The notes below the pieces were generated by a model, which was not told the DNA's origin, did no database searches, and saw only the letters and a program-made list of their open reading frames with translations. DNA of 39,438 bases from Arthrobacter sp. Its GTDB lineage: Bacteria; Actinomycetota; Actinomycetes; Actinomycetales; Micrococcaceae. The stretch is from assembly GCA_025464875.1 (NCBI GenBank), contig JAODMV010000011.1, positions 1 through 39,438 on the forward strand, in the 5' to 3' direction. Position 1 is the first letter of the stretch, and each line of letters opens with the position of its first letter. Positions 20,093-31,222 of this stretch are shown in pieces. The position numbers were made by a program, and so were the translations under genes.

Positions 20093-20866
20093 TCAGGTGC
20101 CGAAGCGGCGCTGCCTGCCGGCGTAGTCGCGCAGGGCCCGGAGGAAGTCCACCTTGCGGAACGCCGGCCAGAGGGCTTCGCAGAAGTAGAACTCGCTGTA
20201 CGCGCTTTGCCACATGAGGAACCCGGAGAGCCGCTGCTCGCCCGAGGTGCGGATCACGAGGTCCGGGTCGGGCTGGCCGCGGGTGTAGAGGAACCGCGAG
20301 ATATCGTCCACGGTGAGCTCGTCGGCCAGTGTCTCGATGTCCGCACCCCGGTCGACGGCGTCGTGCAGCAGTTCGCGGACGGCGTCGACAATCTCGCGCC
20401 GCCCGCCGTAGCCGACGGCGACGTTGACGTGCAGCTTCTCGCGCGCGGGAGTGCGGGCCGTGAGCTTGTTGAGCCGCTCGGCGAGATAGTCCGGCAGCAG
20501 TTCGGGGGCGCCCATGGCGTGCACCGAGATGTCGGCGTCGTCGTCCAGCCGGTCAAGGGTGTTGGCGATGATCCCCATGAGCAGGTCGAGTTCCTCGCCC
20601 GAGCGGTTCATGTTGTCGGTGGAGAGCATGTAGAGCGTGACCACCTTGACGCCGAGCTCCTGGCACCAGCCGAGGAACTCGTGGATCTTGTCGGCACCCG
20701 CCTGGTGTCCCTGGCTCGTGGGCGCGTTGAACTGGCGGGCCCAGCGCCGGTTGCCGTCCACCATGACGCCGATGTGTTTGGGGATGCGCCCGCCGTCCAA
20801 GGAGCGCTGCAGCTGGCGCTCGTAGAAGCCATAAAGGAGCCCGGGCAATTCCATCCGGAGGTTCAC
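20093..20866 (-). CDS. cis-isoprenyl diphosphate synthase (UppS family, probably short-chain Z-FPP synthase type)
   Basis: HIGVMVDGNRRWA, LSTDN, YGGRREI and PDLVIRTSGEQRLSGFLMWQ motifs. Confidence 0.93.
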   Translation of the reverse strand: MNLRMELPGLLYGFYERQLQRSLDGGRIPKHIGVMVDGNRRWARQFNAPTSQGHQAGADKIHEFLGWCQELGVKVVTLYMLSTDNMNRSGEELDLLMGIIANTLDRLDDDADISVHAMGAPELLPDYLAERLNKLTARTPAREKLHVNVAVGYGGRREIVDAVRELLHDAVDRGADIETLADELTVDDISRFLYTRGQPDPDLVIRTSGEQRLSGFLMWQSAYSEFYFCEALWPAFRKVDFLRALRDYAGRQRRFGT

Positions 20867-20962
20867 CTGGCTTCCTTGGGGTACGACTGAGGTGCAAATC
20901 CTAGGCTACCCGCCGGAGGGCGGAGCCGCGTGCATGCTGCCACGATTCTAGTTGCAGCTCCT

Positions 20963-20995
20963 GTTACTCATCAGTAACTTACTGGGGCGTAGGTT
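20963..20995. promoter_or_regulatory. Tandem palindromic operator TTAC-N6-GTAR x2
   Basis: GTTACT-CATC-AGTAAC (20963-20978) and AACTTAC-N6-GTAGGTT (20976-20995), directly upstream of -10 TATTAT (20995-21000). Confidence 0.5.
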
Positions 20996-21006
20996 ATTAT
21001 GGCGGG

Positions 21007-21729
21007 ATGGAAAGCAACAGTCCTGAACCCCCGCCGGAGCGGCACAGGGACCGCGGGGCCGGCGCTGTGGACGATGCCGCGGTACGGATTGCCGAACTCC
21101 TGATGATCAAGCCCAAGTGGCGCGGCTGGATCCACACGGTGACGGCGCCGCTGGCCCTGGCCGCCGGCCTGGTCCTGGTGCTCCTGGCCCCGACGCCCGA
21201 CCGGAAAATCACCTCCGCGATCTACGCGCTGACAGGAGTGCTGCTCTTCGGGGTGAGCGCCGTCTACCACCGCGGGAACTGGTCCCCCCGAGTCAAGATG
21301 GTGCTGAAGCGCCTCGATCACACCAACATCATGCTGGTCATTGCCGGCAGCTACACGCCCCTGGCCTGGGCCCTGCTGGAGCGGCCCAAGGCCGTGCTGC
21401 TGCTGTGGGTCATCTGGTCCGGGGCCATCCTCGGCGTGCTGTTCCGGCTGCTGTGGACCCACGCCCCGCGCTGGCTCTACGTGCCGATCTACATCGCCCT
21501 GGGCTGCGGCTCGCTGTTCTACCTGCCGGACTTCTTCGCCGCCAACGTCGCGTCGGCAGCACTGATCTGTGTCGGGGGCGCCTTCTACATCGCCGGGGCC
21601 GTCTTCTACGCCTTGAAGAAGCCCAACTTCAGCTACCAGCACTTCGGCTTCCACGAGCTCTTCCATGCCTTTACGGTGCTGGCGTTCGCCGCCCACTTCC
21701 TCGCCATCGCCACCGCCGTCCTGAGCTGA
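21007..21729 (+). CDS. Hemolysin III / PAQR family membrane protein (TrhA-like)
   Basis: KPKWRGWIH, SAVYH, RLDHTNI..IAGSYTP and FHELFH metal-binding motifs; about 7 TM segments. Confidence 0.92.
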   Translation: MESNSPEPPPERHRDRGAGAVDDAAVRIAELLMIKPKWRGWIHTVTAPLALAAGLVLVLLAPTPDRKITSAIYALTGVLLFGVSAVYHRGNWSPRVKMVLKRLDHTNIMLVIAGSYTPLAWALLERPKAVLLLWVIWSGAILGVLFRLLWTHAPRWLYVPIYIALGCGSLFYLPDFFAANVASAALICVGGAFYIAGAVFYALKKPNFSYQHFGFHELFHAFTVLAFAAHFLAIATAVLS

Positions 21730-21757
21730 ACCGTCCCGAGCTGGGCCCCAGCCAAAA

Positions 21758-23921
<2,164 letters not shown>

Positions 23922-23944
<23 letters not shown>

Positions 23945-24281
23945 CGCCGTTGACTTCCGGCCGGGATTCGGCGCCCCTGGCAGGACGCGCGGCACCCTCG
24001 GCATCCGGTGTCGGGTCGGCGTCGACGACCCCCGCGGGGGCGCCGGCCGCGCCTTCGTCCAGCGCTTCTAGGTACGATTCCTCCACCTGTGCGCGGTAGC
24101 GGACCCGGCGGATACGCCGCACCATGTCCACGATCAGCACCGCGGTCAGCACCACGATGAAGGCGGTCAGCAGGAAGCCCAGCAGGCCAGGCGTGACCTG
24201 GTCCTCGGACAGGCCCGGACGCAGCGACGGCGTGGGGGTCGGCGTCGGGGCTGTTGCCAGGGCGATGAGCAAGGAATGCAC
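23922..24281 (-). CDS. Small single-TM membrane protein (conserved neighbour of mca)
   Basis: VTPGLLGF-TM-DMVRRIRRVRYR pattern. Confidence 0.7.
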
Positions 24282-24331
24282 GGTGGGAACCTTCTGTGGA
24301 ACTGTTGTCGGCCCCGGCTGGGGGCCTTCGT

Positions 24332-24374
24332 CTGCGGGTCTTAGGCTGCGGGGCTTAGGCTGCGGGGCTTAGGC
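24332..24374. repeat. 14-bp tandem repeat x3 (CTGCGGGKCTTAGG)
   Basis: Units start at 24332, 24346 and 24360. Confidence 0.9.
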
Positions 24375-24425
24375 AAAAGTCCGCTGCAAGAGGCTTCTAC
24401 ACGGGATAGAAATAGCCTCTCCGGT

Positions 24426-25331
24426 CTATCTTAGCCCGGCGAAGAGGTCCTTTTCAGGCAGCTCCGTGGGGATCCGGGACTGGATCAGCGAGTAGTCCTC
24501 CCACGGCCACACCCGGCGCTGCATGGCCGCGGAAACCGCGAAGAAGAAGCCCTCCGGATCAACCTGGGTGGCGTGCGCGCGCAGCGCTTCGTCGCGGGCT
24601 TCGAAGAAGTCACCGGACTCGATCTGGGTGGTGGTGGGATGCGTCGGCGCCGGCAGGGTGTGGCCCTCGGCATCCGCCTCCAGCCATGCTGCCAGGCGTT
24701 CGGCGTAGGGGGACCGCAGGCCGGCTTCCTCCAGTGCGAAGTGGAGGGCGCGGAAGCGGTCCGGGCTGAAGGCGCGGTCGTAGTAGAGCTTGCTCGGCTG
24801 CCAGGCCTCGCCGGCGCCGGAGTACCGGGCGGGATCCCCGGCGGCTTCGAAGGCCTCCACGGCCACCCGGTGCGCCATGATGTGGTCCGGGTGGGGATAG
24901 CCGCCGTTCTCGTCGTAGCTGATGATGACCTGCGGCTTGAATTCGCGGACGAGCCGGACCAGGGGTGCGGCTGCCCGTTCCAGGGGCTGCGTGGCGAAGG
25001 AGCCGGCGGGCAGCGGCGGCAAGGGATCGCCTTCGGGCAGCCCCGAATCCACGAATCCCAGCCAGCGCTGGCGGACGCCGAGGACCTCGGCTGCCCGGTT
25101 CATTTCCAGCCGGCGGGCTCCGGCCATGTCCCGCTTGGGGTGCGGCTGCCCTTCCATCGCAGGGTTTTGGATGTCACCGCGGGAGCCGTCGGTGCACGTG
25201 GCCACCAGCACGTCGACCCCGGCGGCGGCATACATGGCCATCGTGGCGGCACCCTTGCTGGATTCGTCGTCGGGATGAGCATGGACAGCCAGGAGTCGAA
25301 GCGGCTCTGACGGGCTGGTGGACGCTGTCAT
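24426..25331 (-). CDS. mca: Mycothiol S-conjugate amidase
   Basis: AVHAHPDDESSKGAA, WLGFVDSG, YDENGGYPHPDH and ALRAHATQVDP motifs; neighbours DUF4307 and greA as in other actinobacteria. Confidence 0.93.
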   Translation of the reverse strand: MTASTSPSEPLRLLAVHAHPDDESSKGAATMAMYAAAGVDVLVATCTDGSRGDIQNPAMEGQPHPKRDMAGARRLEMNRAAEVLGVRQRWLGFVDSGLPEGDPLPPLPAGSFATQPLERAAAPLVRLVREFKPQVIISYDENGGYPHPDHIMAHRVAVEAFEAAGDPARYSGAGEAWQPSKLYYDRAFSPDRFRALHFALEEAGLRSPYAERLAAWLEADAEGHTLPAPTHPTTTQIESGDFFEARDEALRAHATQVDPEGFFFAVSAAMQRRVWPWEDYSLIQSRIPTELPEKDLFAGLR

Positions 25332-25465
25332 CGTAGGACGGCTCCTCTTTCTTCTGTTCTGCGGGTCCGCACCTTGCGGGTGTGCATGGCGGATCCCAAC
25401 CGGGCTCAACTGCGGGGTCGGGGGCGCGGAAATTTCCCCCGGCCAATCCACACTAAACTGGACTG

Positions 25466-25924
25466 GTGACTTCCCAGGATCAGCCCGCCGCGCCCGCCCC
25501 GGCACCTACCAGCCTAGCCAATCGCTACGGTGGCCAAAAGCGCGCGCTGAGCGGCAAAGCCAAACGCAGCATCCTGATTGCCGCCCTCGCGGCCGGGATC
25601 GCCTTCATGGCGTGGATCTCGACCTCGAACGCGACCGACAGCATCAGCTACAAGGACATCGGCTACAGCACCCTGGACGCCACCTTGACCGAAATCGACT
25701 TCCAGGTCACCAAGGACCCCGCCAGCGCCGCCAAATGCGCGGTCAAGGCGATGGATTCCAAGTTCGCGATCGTCGGGTGGAAAGTGGTGGACGTCGGGCC
25801 CAACGCCGCCGACGCCGGGACCGACGGCGGCCGCACCAGCGCTCACCGGGTGCTGGTCCACACCGAGTCGCAAGCCGTTTCCGGCGTCGTGGACAGCTGC
25901 TGGATTCCGGACGCCGAGCAGTAG
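25466..25924 (+). CDS. DUF4307 family membrane-anchored protein
   Basis: RYG-TM, then F.VTK.P..A.CAVKA..FAIVG and a C-terminal Cys; TAAACT 6 nt before the GTG. Confidence 0.75.
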   Translation: MTSQDQPAAPAPAPTSLANRYGGQKRALSGKAKRSILIAALAAGIAFMAWISTSNATDSISYKDIGYSTLDATLTEIDFQVTKDPASAAKCAVKAMDSKFAIVGWKVVDVGPNAADAGTDGGRTSAHRVLVHTESQAVSGVVDSCWIPDAEQ

Positions 25925-26019
25925 CCGGCCAGCCACGCCGCCGCGTAACACGGTGTGATCCACGCCGCAGTGTTCTTTGGTATCTCCCCGGCATTGACTA
26001 CAATGGATCAATACCTTTC

Positions 26020-26081
26020 CCCCGCCAAGCTGGTTACTGAGTTCTAAAAAGTGGCCAAGTTGGCGGGGTGTTTGCTTGTTT
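26020..26081 (+). terminator. Terminator-like hairpin inside the greA 5' leader
   Basis: CCCCGCCAA..TGGTTACT / AGTGGCCA..TTGGCGGGG stem followed by TGTTTGCTTGTTT, between -10 TACAAT (25999-26004) and RBS AAGGAG (26091-26096). Confidence 0.55.
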
Positions 26082-26102
26082 GACCACCAAAAGGAGAAGT
26101 CC

Positions 26103-26597
26103 GTGTCTACCACCAACAGCGCAACTGCAGCTTGGCTCACCCAGGAAGCTTTTGACCGCCTGAAGGCAGAGCTGGACCACCTTTCCGGCCCCGGCCGGGC
26201 GGAAATTGTTCAGAAGATCGAAGCTGCGCGCCAGGAAGGCGACCTCAAGGAGAACGGCGGCTACCACGCCGCCAAGGAGGAGCAGGGGAAGATCGAAGCC
26301 CGGATCCGCCAGCTCACCGCCCTGCTCCGCGATGCCCACGTAGGCGCGGCTCCGGCGGATGACGGAATCGTGGAGCCCGGCATGATCGTGGTGGCCAAGA
26401 TCGCAGGCGACGAAGAGACGTTCCTGCTCGGCTCCCGCGAGATCGCCGGCGATTCAGACCTCGATGTCTTCAGCGAAAAGTCCCCCCTCGGCGCGGCCAT
26501 CGTGGGCCACAAAGAGGGCGACAAGCTCAGCTACACGGCTCCCAACGGCAAGGTCATTGCCGTCGAGATCCTGTCCGCGAAGCCCTACGCCGGCTAG
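26103..26597 (+). CDS. greA: Transcription elongation factor GreA
   Basis: WLTQE, AARQEGDLKENGGYHAAKEEQ and SPLGAAIVG motifs; GTG after AAGGAG. Confidence 0.96.
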   Translation: MSTTNSATAAWLTQEAFDRLKAELDHLSGPGRAEIVQKIEAARQEGDLKENGGYHAAKEEQGKIEARIRQLTALLRDAHVGAAPADDGIVEPGMIVVAKIAGDEETFLLGSREIAGDSDLDVFSEKSPLGAAIVGHKEGDKLSYTAPNGKVIAVEILSAKPYAG

Positions 26598-26625
26598 CGC
26601 CGGCCGAAGCAGCCGCAGACGAAAC

Positions 26626-26676
26626 AACGACGCCGGTCCTCCCGTCCACGGGAGGGCCGGCGTCGTTTGTGTTTAA
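26626..26676. terminator. Intrinsic terminator after greA (possibly bidirectional)
   Basis: AACGACGCCGGTCCTCCCGT / ACGGGAGGGCCGGCGTCGTT stem followed by TGTGTTT. Confidence 0.8.
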
Positions 26677-26691
26677 GTCGTTTGTGATTAA
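26662..26691. repeat. 15-bp tandem duplication
   Basis: GTCGTTTGTGTTTAA followed by GTCGTTTGTGATTAA. Confidence 0.75.
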
Positions 26692-26706
26692 GGCGGTCCG
26701 ACGGTC

Positions 26707-27327
26707 CTAGCGGCCGGACCGCAGCCCCGCGCGCCGGGTGCCCAGGAGCAGGGCGGCCGCCACGCCGCCGAGGGCGCCGCCGAGGTGCGCCTGCCAGGAG
26801 ACGAAGCCGGCCACCGTGGGCAGGACGCCGAAGAGGATGCCGCCGTAGGCCATGAACAGCACGGCGGAGAGCAGGATCTGCCACCAGTTGCGGTTGAAGA
26901 AACCGCGTACCAGCAGGAACGCGAAGAGCCCGAAGACCAGCCCGGACGCCCCCACCGTGACGTTGAAGCCTCCGATCAGCCACACCACCACCCCGGAGCC
27001 CAGCCAGCTCGAGGCCAGCGCCGTGACAAACACGCGCACCCCGGAGAGGAAAACCAGGAACCCGAAAATGATCAGCGGAAGCGTGTTGGAGAGCAGGTGC
27101 GCCAGGTTGGCGTGCAGCAGGGGAAAGGTCAGGATGTCCAGGAACCCGTCCAGGCTGCGTGGACGGAGCCCGAAGGTGCGGTTCAGCGAGTGCAGCAGGA
27201 CGGTATTGATGATCTCGATCAGGTAGAGCAGCAGCACGAACGTGCCCACCACGAGCAGTCCCTTGCGGGCCCGTGCCGCGGTGGTGTCTGCGGTGCGGGG
27301 GCTTTCGCCCCGGGAGTACTCCAGCAT
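26707..27327 (-). CDS. Rhomboid family intramembrane serine protease
   Basis: PLLHANLAHLLSN, VGASG and SWQAHLGGALGG motifs. Confidence 0.92.
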   Translation of the reverse strand: MLEYSRGESPRTADTTAARARKGLLVVGTFVLLLYLIEIINTVLLHSLNRTFGLRPRSLDGFLDILTFPLLHANLAHLLSNTLPLIIFGFLVFLSGVRVFVTALASSWLGSGVVVWLIGGFNVTVGASGLVFGLFAFLLVRGFFNRNWWQILLSAVLFMAYGGILFGVLPTVAGFVSWQAHLGGALGGVAAALLLGTRRAGLRSGR

Positions 27328-27335
27328 GTCCAGTC

Positions 27336-27421
27336 CCCTAATGCCTAGCCCTGATGCCCGGTCCCTGATGCCCGGCTCCTAATACGAGTCCCCTGATACG
27401 AGTCCCCTGATGCCCGGTCCC
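27336..27421. repeat. 14-bp tandem repeat, about 6 units of two variants (CCCTGATGCCCGGT / CCCTGATACGAGTC)
   Basis: Units start at 27336 (13 nt), 27349, 27363, 27377, 27391 and 27405. Confidence 0.85.
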
Positions 27422-27470
27422 GGAAGGCCCAGTGCCTAAAGAATAGTCCCGGGCGTCCAATACCGTGACC

Positions 27471-28709
27471 CTAGTGCACCACGATCGGCTGGAAACCCTC
27501 GGCCCGGAGCGCGGCGAGGACCTGCTCGCAGTGTTCGTGGCCCTTGGTTTCCAGGTTGACCGTGATGGAGACGTCGCCCATGCTGATGGAGCCGCCGACC
27601 CGGGTGTGGTCCAGCCCGGTGACGTTGGCGTCGTTCTCGGCGATGATGCGGGCGATCGTGGCCAGCGAGCCCGGACGGTCGTCGAGCATCATGCGCACGG
27701 TCATGTAGCGGCCCGCCGCGGAGAGGCCGCGCTGGATGACTTTGAGCATCAGCATCGGATCGATGTTGCCGCCCGAGAGGACCACGGCGGTGGTTCCCGG
27801 GTTGTCGATCTTGCCTTCCATCAACGCGGCCACGCCGACGGCGCCGGCGGGTTCGACCACCATTTTGGTGCGTTCCAGCAGGAAGATCAGCGCCCTGGCC
27901 AGAGCGTCTTCGCTGACGGTGACCACGTCGTCGACGAGTTCACGGATGATGCTGAAGGGCAGCTGGCCGGGCCGTCCCACCGCAATGCCGTCGGCCATGG
28001 TGGAGACGCGCTTGAGCGGGACGAGGGCGTCCGCGGCCAGCGACGGCGGATAGGCGGCCGCGTTTTCGGCCTGCACCCCGATGATCCGGATCTCGCGGCC
28101 GAGTTCCTTCGCCCTGGCCTTCACGGCCACCGCGACGCCGGCCAGCAGGCCGCCGCCGCCCACGCCCATCAGGATGGTGTCCACGTCGGGGACCTGCTCC
28201 AGGATCTCGAGCCCGACGGTACCCTGGCCGGCGACGACATCCACGTCGTCGAAGGGGTGGACAAAGACTGCGCCGCTTTCATCGGCGTAGCGCTTGGCTT
28301 CGGCCAGCGCCTCGTCGACGTTGTGCCCGTGCAGCACCACCTCCGCGCCATGGCTGCGGGTGGCGGCGAGCTTGGGCAGGGCGACGCCCAGCGGCATGTA
28401 GATCCGGGCCTTGATGCCCAGGCTCTTCGCCGCGACTGCCACGCCTTGGGCATGGTTTCCCGCCGAAGCCGCCACGACACCGCGGCTCTTTTCTCCGGCG
28501 GAGAGTTTGGCCATCCGCACATAGGCGCCCCGGACTTTGAAGGAGCCGGCGCGCTGCAGGTTTTCGCATAAGAGGAAAACCTCGCCGCCCACCATCCCGC
28601 CGAGCGCCCTCGTGGACTCGACCGGCGTCCGCACAATGATCCCGTCGAGCAGCTTCTGCGCCTCCAAGACATCGTCTAGCGTGACGGGCAGTGTCTCTAG
28701 GGTATTCAA
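27471..28709 (-). CDS. ilvA: Threonine ammonia-lyase with C-terminal ACT domain
   Basis: ENLQRAGSFKVRG, ASAGNHAQG, GVGGGGL, VLSGGNID and DRPGSL motifs. Confidence 0.92.
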   Translation of the reverse strand: MNTLETLPVTLDDVLEAQKLLDGIIVRTPVESTRALGGMVGGEVFLLCENLQRAGSFKVRGAYVRMAKLSAGEKSRGVVAASAGNHAQGVAVAAKSLGIKARIYMPLGVALPKLAATRSHGAEVVLHGHNVDEALAEAKRYADESGAVFVHPFDDVDVVAGQGTVGLEILEQVPDVDTILMGVGGGGLLAGVAVAVKARAKELGREIRIIGVQAENAAAYPPSLAADALVPLKRVSTMADGIAVGRPGQLPFSIIRELVDDVVTVSEDALARALIFLLERTKMVVEPAGAVGVAALMEGKIDNPGTTAVVLSGGNIDPMLMLKVIQRGLSAAGRYMTVRMMLDDRPGSLATIARIIAENDANVTGLDHTRVGGSISMGDVSITVNLETKGHEHCEQVLAALRAEGFQPIVVH

Positions 28710-28795
28710 GAACTGGTCTCCTTTTTCGGGTCAGGCTCCGGTGCCCCGTCCGGCATCGCTGCCGGGGGCACCCTTGTTCAGTATGAGCGGGCGCT

Positions 28796-30040
28796 CTAGC
28801 GGCCGGGCGTTTCGCCCGGCAGGTGGGCGTCCTTGAAGGTGTCGTCTTTGTCGGTCGCCGCGTTGACATCGACGCCCTGGTGCCCGGCTGTCGCCAGCAC
28901 CTCATCATGTTCCCACTCCCTGCTCGCAATATAGCGTATCGAGGAATTTGCCACGGCGAGGATCGGGACCGAGAAGAGGGCGCCCGGAATTCCCGCTAGG
29001 TAGGAACCGGCGGCGACGGCGAGAATGACGGCGACCGGATGAAGGGCGACGGCCTTGCCCATGATGAGCGGCTGGAGAATGTGGCTCTCCAGCTGCTGAA
29101 CGAGCAGCACGATCCCCAGCATGATCAGGGCGTTGACCGGGCCGTTGGCCACCAACGCCAGAAGCACCGCGATCGCGCCGGTCACCAGTGCGCCGACGAT
29201 CGGGATGAAGGAACCAATGAAGACGAGGACGCTCAGCGGCAGGGCGAGCGGGACACCGATGATGGCGGCGCCGGCGCCGATTCCGACGGCGTCCACGAAG
29301 GCCACAAACATTTGGATGCGGGCGTAGCGGACCATGGAGGCCCAGCCGCGGCGCCCCGCTCCGTCGGCGGCCCTGCGGGCCTTCCGGGGCAGGAGGATTC
29401 TGACGAGGAAGGCCCAGATCCTGTCTCCCTCGAGAAGGAAGAAAATCAGCACGAACAGGGCCAGGACCAGCCCTGCAGCAAAGTGTCCCGCGGTGCTTCC
29501 GAACGTCAGCGCCCCGCTCAGGATGCTGCTGCTGTTGTTCTGCAGCGCTTGCGTGGCCTCCCGGACGTACCGGTCAATCTGGTCAGCGGTCAGGTGGAGC
29601 GGGCCCTCCGACAGCCAGGCCTGGACCTGCTGGATACCGGCGAGCGACTGGGACCAGAGCTCGCTGAACCCGGCGATCAGCTGCCGGCCGACGAGCGCCA
29701 GCGCGCCGACGATCGCGCCGATGAAGCCAAGGACGGTCATGGCGACGGCTAGGCCATTGGGCACGCCGCGCCTCCTCAGCCAGCTCACGACCGGGCCCAG
29801 GAGCCCTGTCAGCAAAGCGGCCACCATGATGGGGATCATGAGGAAGCTGACGCCGCGGAGCAGCCAGACCAGCGCGCCGACCACCACCAGGATGATGCCG
29901 ATCCGCCACGCCCAGGCGGCCGCGATGCGCACACCGTAGGGAATGTCCTCGTCGAGCTCCCGGTCCGTCCGAACGTGAGGAGAGTCCTCCACGGCGGTGT
30001 CGGAGCGGTTTCGGGGTGCGGCGTCCTCAACTGGCGTCAT
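28796..30040 (-). CDS. AI-2E (PerM-like) family transporter
   Basis: Multi-TM; FIPIVGA, QQLESHILQP..G..LHP and GIPGALFSVP motifs. Confidence 0.9.
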   Translation of the reverse strand: MTPVEDAAPRNRSDTAVEDSPHVRTDRELDEDIPYGVRIAAAWAWRIGIILVVVGALVWLLRGVSFLMIPIMVAALLTGLLGPVVSWLRRRGVPNGLAVAMTVLGFIGAIVGALALVGRQLIAGFSELWSQSLAGIQQVQAWLSEGPLHLTADQIDRYVREATQALQNNSSSILSGALTFGSTAGHFAAGLVLALFVLIFFLLEGDRIWAFLVRILLPRKARRAADGAGRRGWASMVRYARIQMFVAFVDAVGIGAGAAIIGVPLALPLSVLVFIGSFIPIVGALVTGAIAVLLALVANGPVNALIMLGIVLLVQQLESHILQPLIMGKAVALHPVAVILAVAAGSYLAGIPGALFSVPILAVANSSIRYIASREWEHDEVLATAGHQGVDVNAATDKDDTFKDAHLPGETPGR

Positions 30041-30092
30041 AGCCCCATGATTCCGCAGCGGCGCCCGGATGGGAAACCCTGCGGCAGCGCAC

Positions 30093-31058
30093 CTAGCCCA
30101 GCTCGGCGCTGATGCCCCAGTTCATGGAGAACTGTTCACCCGGGGCCAGCCAGCGGAGGCCGTCGCCGCTGTTGAAGGCGTTGGCCGGACCGGTCATGGG
30201 TTCGATCGCCACCGCTTTCGCCCGGCCCGGGAAGTTCGTCGTCACAAAGACGTGGACGTAGCCACAGCTCTCGTCCTGCCACAGGCTCACGCTTCGTCCA
30301 TCCGGCGAGCGCAAGGTGTGGCGGGCGAGTCCGCCGTCGAATTCCAGGTCCGTGTAGGCGGAGTCGATGTCCAGCTCGGCCACCAGGCGGCCGCCGCGCA
30401 GGTCAAAGTCGCCGCCGACCGGTTCCGTGCGGCGCGGGATGAGGCGCTCGTCGGTCACCAGCCGGGTGCGGGCGCCGACCGTCACCGTCAGCTCCTCGCT
30501 GGGCACCTCCCCCAGCCGGAGGTAGGGATGGGAACCGAGGACGAACGGCGCAGGATCCTGGGAGTCGTTGATCAGGGTCTGCCGCACCACCAGCCCCAGG
30601 TCTTCCGCCAGCTCGTAGCGGACCCGGTGCCGCAGCAGGAACGGGTAGCCATGCTGGGGAAAGACGGCCGCTTCCAGGGTGACCGAGAATCGGGACTCAT
30701 CCACGAGCTCGTAGGACGCGTTGCGCAGCAGCCCGTGGCTGGCGTTGTTACGGGAGACCTCGGTGATGTCGAGCTGCTGCTTCGTGCTGTTCAGGTACCA
30801 GACGCCGTCCTCCACCCGGTTCGCCCAGGGCGCCAGCGTGATCCCGGCGCCACCCGGCGGAATCTGCGCATCGCCGTAGCTCTCGGTCAGCTGGGTGCCG
30901 CCGCGGCTGTACAGCCGCAGGCCGGCGGCCAGTTCGGTGACGACGGCGAGGCCGTCCCCCCGCCGCAGCTCGTACTGCCGGCCGGACGCGTAACGCCGCG
31001 CCGTCCCGTCGGGGCTGCCGTCAGGGGCCCTGCGGTCAAGGGATTCACTCACATCCAT
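30093..31058 (-). CDS. Aldose 1-epimerase family protein
   Basis: LAPWANRV.DG, NASHG, GSHPY and AIEPMT motifs; ATG 31058 lies 7 nt after TACGGT. Confidence 0.88.
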   Translation of the reverse strand: MDVSESLDRRAPDGSPDGTARRYASGRQYELRRGDGLAVVTELAAGLRLYSRGGTQLTESYGDAQIPPGGAGITLAPWANRVEDGVWYLNSTKQQLDITEVSRNNASHGLLRNASYELVDESRFSVTLEAAVFPQHGYPFLLRHRVRYELAEDLGLVVRQTLINDSQDPAPFVLGSHPYLRLGEVPSEELTVTVGARTRLVTDERLIPRRTEPVGGDFDLRGGRLVAELDIDSAYTDLEFDGGLARHTLRSPDGRSVSLWQDESCGYVHVFVTTNFPGRAKAVAIEPMTGPANAFNSGDGLRWLAPGEQFSMNWGISAELG

Positions 31059-31222
31059 GGGCACCACCGTACAGACTGCCGGGCAGCCCGTACATGGAGA
31101 GCGTCAAGAAGTCGCGACTGCAGCTGGTGCTAGTTTTTGTTGGAGGCTTTTCCTAGATCCGACGTTCCAGACTTCTCAGGCCCGATTCCTCGGCCCTGTC
31201 CTGAACTGAAAGGCACACCGGC

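Noticed and set aside
25407-25437. SigR/SigH-type promoter for mca
   Set aside because: GGAAA and GTT are 22 nt apart on the minus strand, not the roughly 18 nt expected.
25954-25969. CRP site upstream of greA (TGTGA-TCCACG-CCGCA)
   Set aside because: The right half-site matches poorly; not distinguishable from chance.
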